This document shows, piece after piece, positions 62,116-64,000 of a stretch of DNA of 64,000 nt (its first letter is position 1; each line of letters begins with the position of its first letter). The position numbers and the translations under genes were made by a program. This DNA is from Candidatus Eiseniibacteriota bacterium (lineage in GTDB: Bacteria > Eisenbacteria > RBG-16-71-46 > JABDJR01): the NCBI GenBank assembly GCA_963783375.1, contig CAWANH010000003.1, positions 259,418 through 323,417 on the forward strand. Direction: 5' to 3'. Below the pieces are notes generated by a model that saw only the letters and a program-made list of their open reading frames with translations, had not been told where the DNA came from and did not search any database.

Positions 62116-62223
62116 GTGACCGGTCCCACCCCGAGGAATGGGCGTAACCCCGTGGAAGCCCATCGCCCCCAAACGCAGACGTGACCGGCGCCCTCTCGGG
62201 CCCCGGTCACTCCCTTCGGTCAC
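62116..62223. repeat. Four copies of heptamer GTGACCG/CGGTCAC beside the tRNA 3' end
   Basis: GTGACCG at 62116 and 62181; CGGTCAC at 62204 and 62217. Confidence 0.5.
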
Positions 62224-62252
62224 GTATCTTGCTGAATACCTGGAAGATAGGC

Positions 62253-62328
62253 TGGAGGCGCCAGGCGGATTCGAACCGCCGCATAACGGTTTTGCAGACC
62301 GTCCCCTTAGCCACTTGGGTATGGCGCC
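62253..62328 (-). tRNA. tRNA-Cys(GCA)
   Basis: GGCGCCA acceptor stem, anticodon loop CTGCAAA, GGTTCGAATCC T-arm, encoded CCA; 76 nt. Confidence 0.97.
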
Positions 62329-62346
62329 TCTTCAATGCGGCAGAAG

Positions 62347-62376
62347 AGGTTAGCATGTTCCCGGTTTCAGCTTCAA
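62347..62376 (-). promoter_or_regulatory. Putative tRNA promoter
   Basis: Minus strand TTGAAG-18 nt-TAACCT with an extended TG. Confidence 0.45.
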
Positions 62377-62379
62377 GGG

Positions 62380-62403
62380 CAAGTGGTCCACCAAGTGGTC
62401 CAC
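62380..62403. repeat. Tandem 12-bp direct repeat CAAGTGGTCCAC x2 (arm-site-like)
   Basis: Exact duplication between the integrase remnant and the tRNA. Confidence 0.6.
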
Positions 62404-62413
62404 CTCCTGGTCC

Positions 62414-62572
62414 CTAACGGGCCCCTAAACGCTTCGCCTCGTTGAAGACAGCCTCGTCGGAGAGTTGCCCGTAACGCTCGGTTAACCGGATCGTGGAGTG
62501 CCCCAGGATCCTCTGGAGGATTTCCCTGGACCAGCCATTCCGAGCGGCTCTCGATGCGTTTGTCGCGACCAT
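62414..62572 (-). pseudogene. Tyrosine recombinase/integrase C-terminal remnant
   Basis: Translates to ...EILQRILGHSTIRLTERYGQL (LGH...T..Y); not in the ORF track; HxxR and N-terminus missing. Confidence 0.8.
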
Positions 62573-62692
62573 AGTGCTCTGCTCCCAGTTCAAAGCGGTC
62601 CAGTGACGCCTATGTAGGTTGGCGTCGCTGTATTTGGCCTTGGAGGAGCCCCTCGAGCAGGAGCGTCACTCAAGGCGCTCCAGGGGCCGTCG

Positions 62693-63013
62693 TCACCGAC
62701 ACCCCCGGCTCACTCCGGCCTCCGTCGCGAGGCCTCGATCAGGGCCTCCAACCAGGCCCCCTTGTCGTCGCCGGCCTCTGGAGGTGCCCTCCAGCTCGCC
62801 CCAGCGGCGTCCCAGAGCCCTCATCGCCCGCTCCCGGTAGTCGGTGATACCGATGACCACGCAGCCGTGCGCTACGACCTCCCGGCGCAGCGGGGGATCA
62901 TCCGTGATCACGACCACGGCCTCCTTACAGCGCGCTACCCGGTCGTGAACGAGGCCCCGGAAGGCGCGGTCGTAGGGTGTCGATGCCGGCGGGACGGCCA
63001 CCGCGAACGGCAT
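62693..63013 (-). pseudogene. Possible NYN/PIN-like fragment
   Basis: AVVVITDDPPLRREVVAHGCVVI resembles NYN/YacP VVTSDxxL..V...GA; weak. Confidence 0.25.
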
Positions 63014-63830
63014 GGACTGCCCGTCCGTGGGGGCGGCCTCGCCCTCGAGCCCGCAGGCCGTCAGGGGATTGAGGGCCAGGATCGTGGGCTGGCGGAGACA
63101 ACTGGCCACCAGCTCGCCATCCCGACCAGGGTCTGAGTGGCGGCATGAGACGCCCCCCGTCAGGAGGAGCTCACTCAGGAACGGGTCGTGCTGGAGCAGG
63201 CTCTGCCCATCGAGCAGGTAGAGCGGGGTCCACTCGGGACCTTACGGAAGAGGTACATGGCTCAGGCCTCCTTGATCGAACGTGCAGTCGTGCGCCACTG
63301 GTTTCCAGACTCTCGTTGTCGGAATTGCCAGTAACCCGGGATTTGGGCCACCCGGGCCTCCAGGGGAGGCACACGCTCAAGGAGAATTGAGCGGGGTGGG
63401 ACTTTAGAAGGTTTGTTTTGTGACGCCCTTCAATTCCCGTAAATCGCGTCGATCGGAACGCTAATCCAGCGATGGGTTTCAATCAAGCAAAAAAAACATC
63501 GATCGGTTTCAGCCCGCGAATTGCGTCTCGTTGTGCCATCGGAGGAACTCGACGGAGAGGGCGGAACGCGGGGCTGGCAGACGTCCAAGGGTTACATGAT
63601 AGGCGGATCCATAGACCATCGCCCACTGGCGGGACTCTGACACTCTGACCCCTGGGTATGCCGAGAATCGGTGACGGCTCCCGCTGGCTCGCCCGGGACC
63701 TTGCGGATGCCACCACATGACCGTCCAGCACGTTAAGCTGGGTCCGGGGTGGCGGTCTGGTTGGGGTGACCCCGTTCTGGCTGAAACCCAACGTCGTAAG
63801 CGATTGCTCCCAGATCGGACCCGGATTCGC

Positions 63831-64000
63831 CTAGGCCAGAACCGCCACAAATTCGCCGATGACACGCAATTCGGTAGCGGCATCAGGCTTCAAAACAATT
63901 GGGCGATAGCCTTCCTATGAACTATCGGGACGAAGCGTGATTCGCTCGTGCCGCCAACCGTCTTCGGAAGAGGTCTTCTCGCTGGTGTAGACCTTCACGG
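63831..64000 (-). pseudogene. C-terminus of an S24 peptidase-like domain with an in-frame TAG (gene runs off the window)
   Basis: VKVYTSEK...WRHERITLRPDSS*EGYRPIVL...ELRVIGEFVAVLA*; internal stop at 63915-63917. Confidence 0.6.

Noticed and set aside
63110-63830. Short ORFs in the lower-GC terminal region
   Set aside because: No recognisable motifs; likely decayed island sequence

Overview
A very GC-rich bacterial window with about 45 credible genes; most long ORFs in the six-frame track are antisense shadows. FlgD/T9SS-like C-terminal domains, a PorV/UPF0164-like barrel and many OM beta-barrels point to a diderm, possibly FCB-group organism (inference). Core content: patatin, MoaD-MoaE fusion, LysR opposite ino1, EF-P, NfeD/slipin, PolX-PHP, HEAT-cyclophilin, DUF885, M6 protease, AmtB plus porin, a NarL-type two-component pair, a Ser/Thr kinase, phosphoketolase with a frameshifted acetate kinase, a PAS-GGDEF-EAL protein, and tRNA-Cys flanked by mobile-element debris. 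Best candidates for new biology: (1) a largely translationally coupled cluster at 38.2-46.2 kb (MMPL, membrane protein, UbiA, DAGK-type kinase, ThiL paralogue, SDR, B12-radical SAM) whose logic suggests alcohol -> monophosphate -> diphosphate -> prenyl/alkyl transfer -> methylation -> export; (2) a 71-aa internally deleted EF-P copy coupled directly upstream of efp; (3) a three-barrel OM protein and an OmpA_C protein sharing an unnamed YxRYGxPGG module. No CRISPR array or rRNA was seen. All family calls come from motif recognition by eye; no searches were run.
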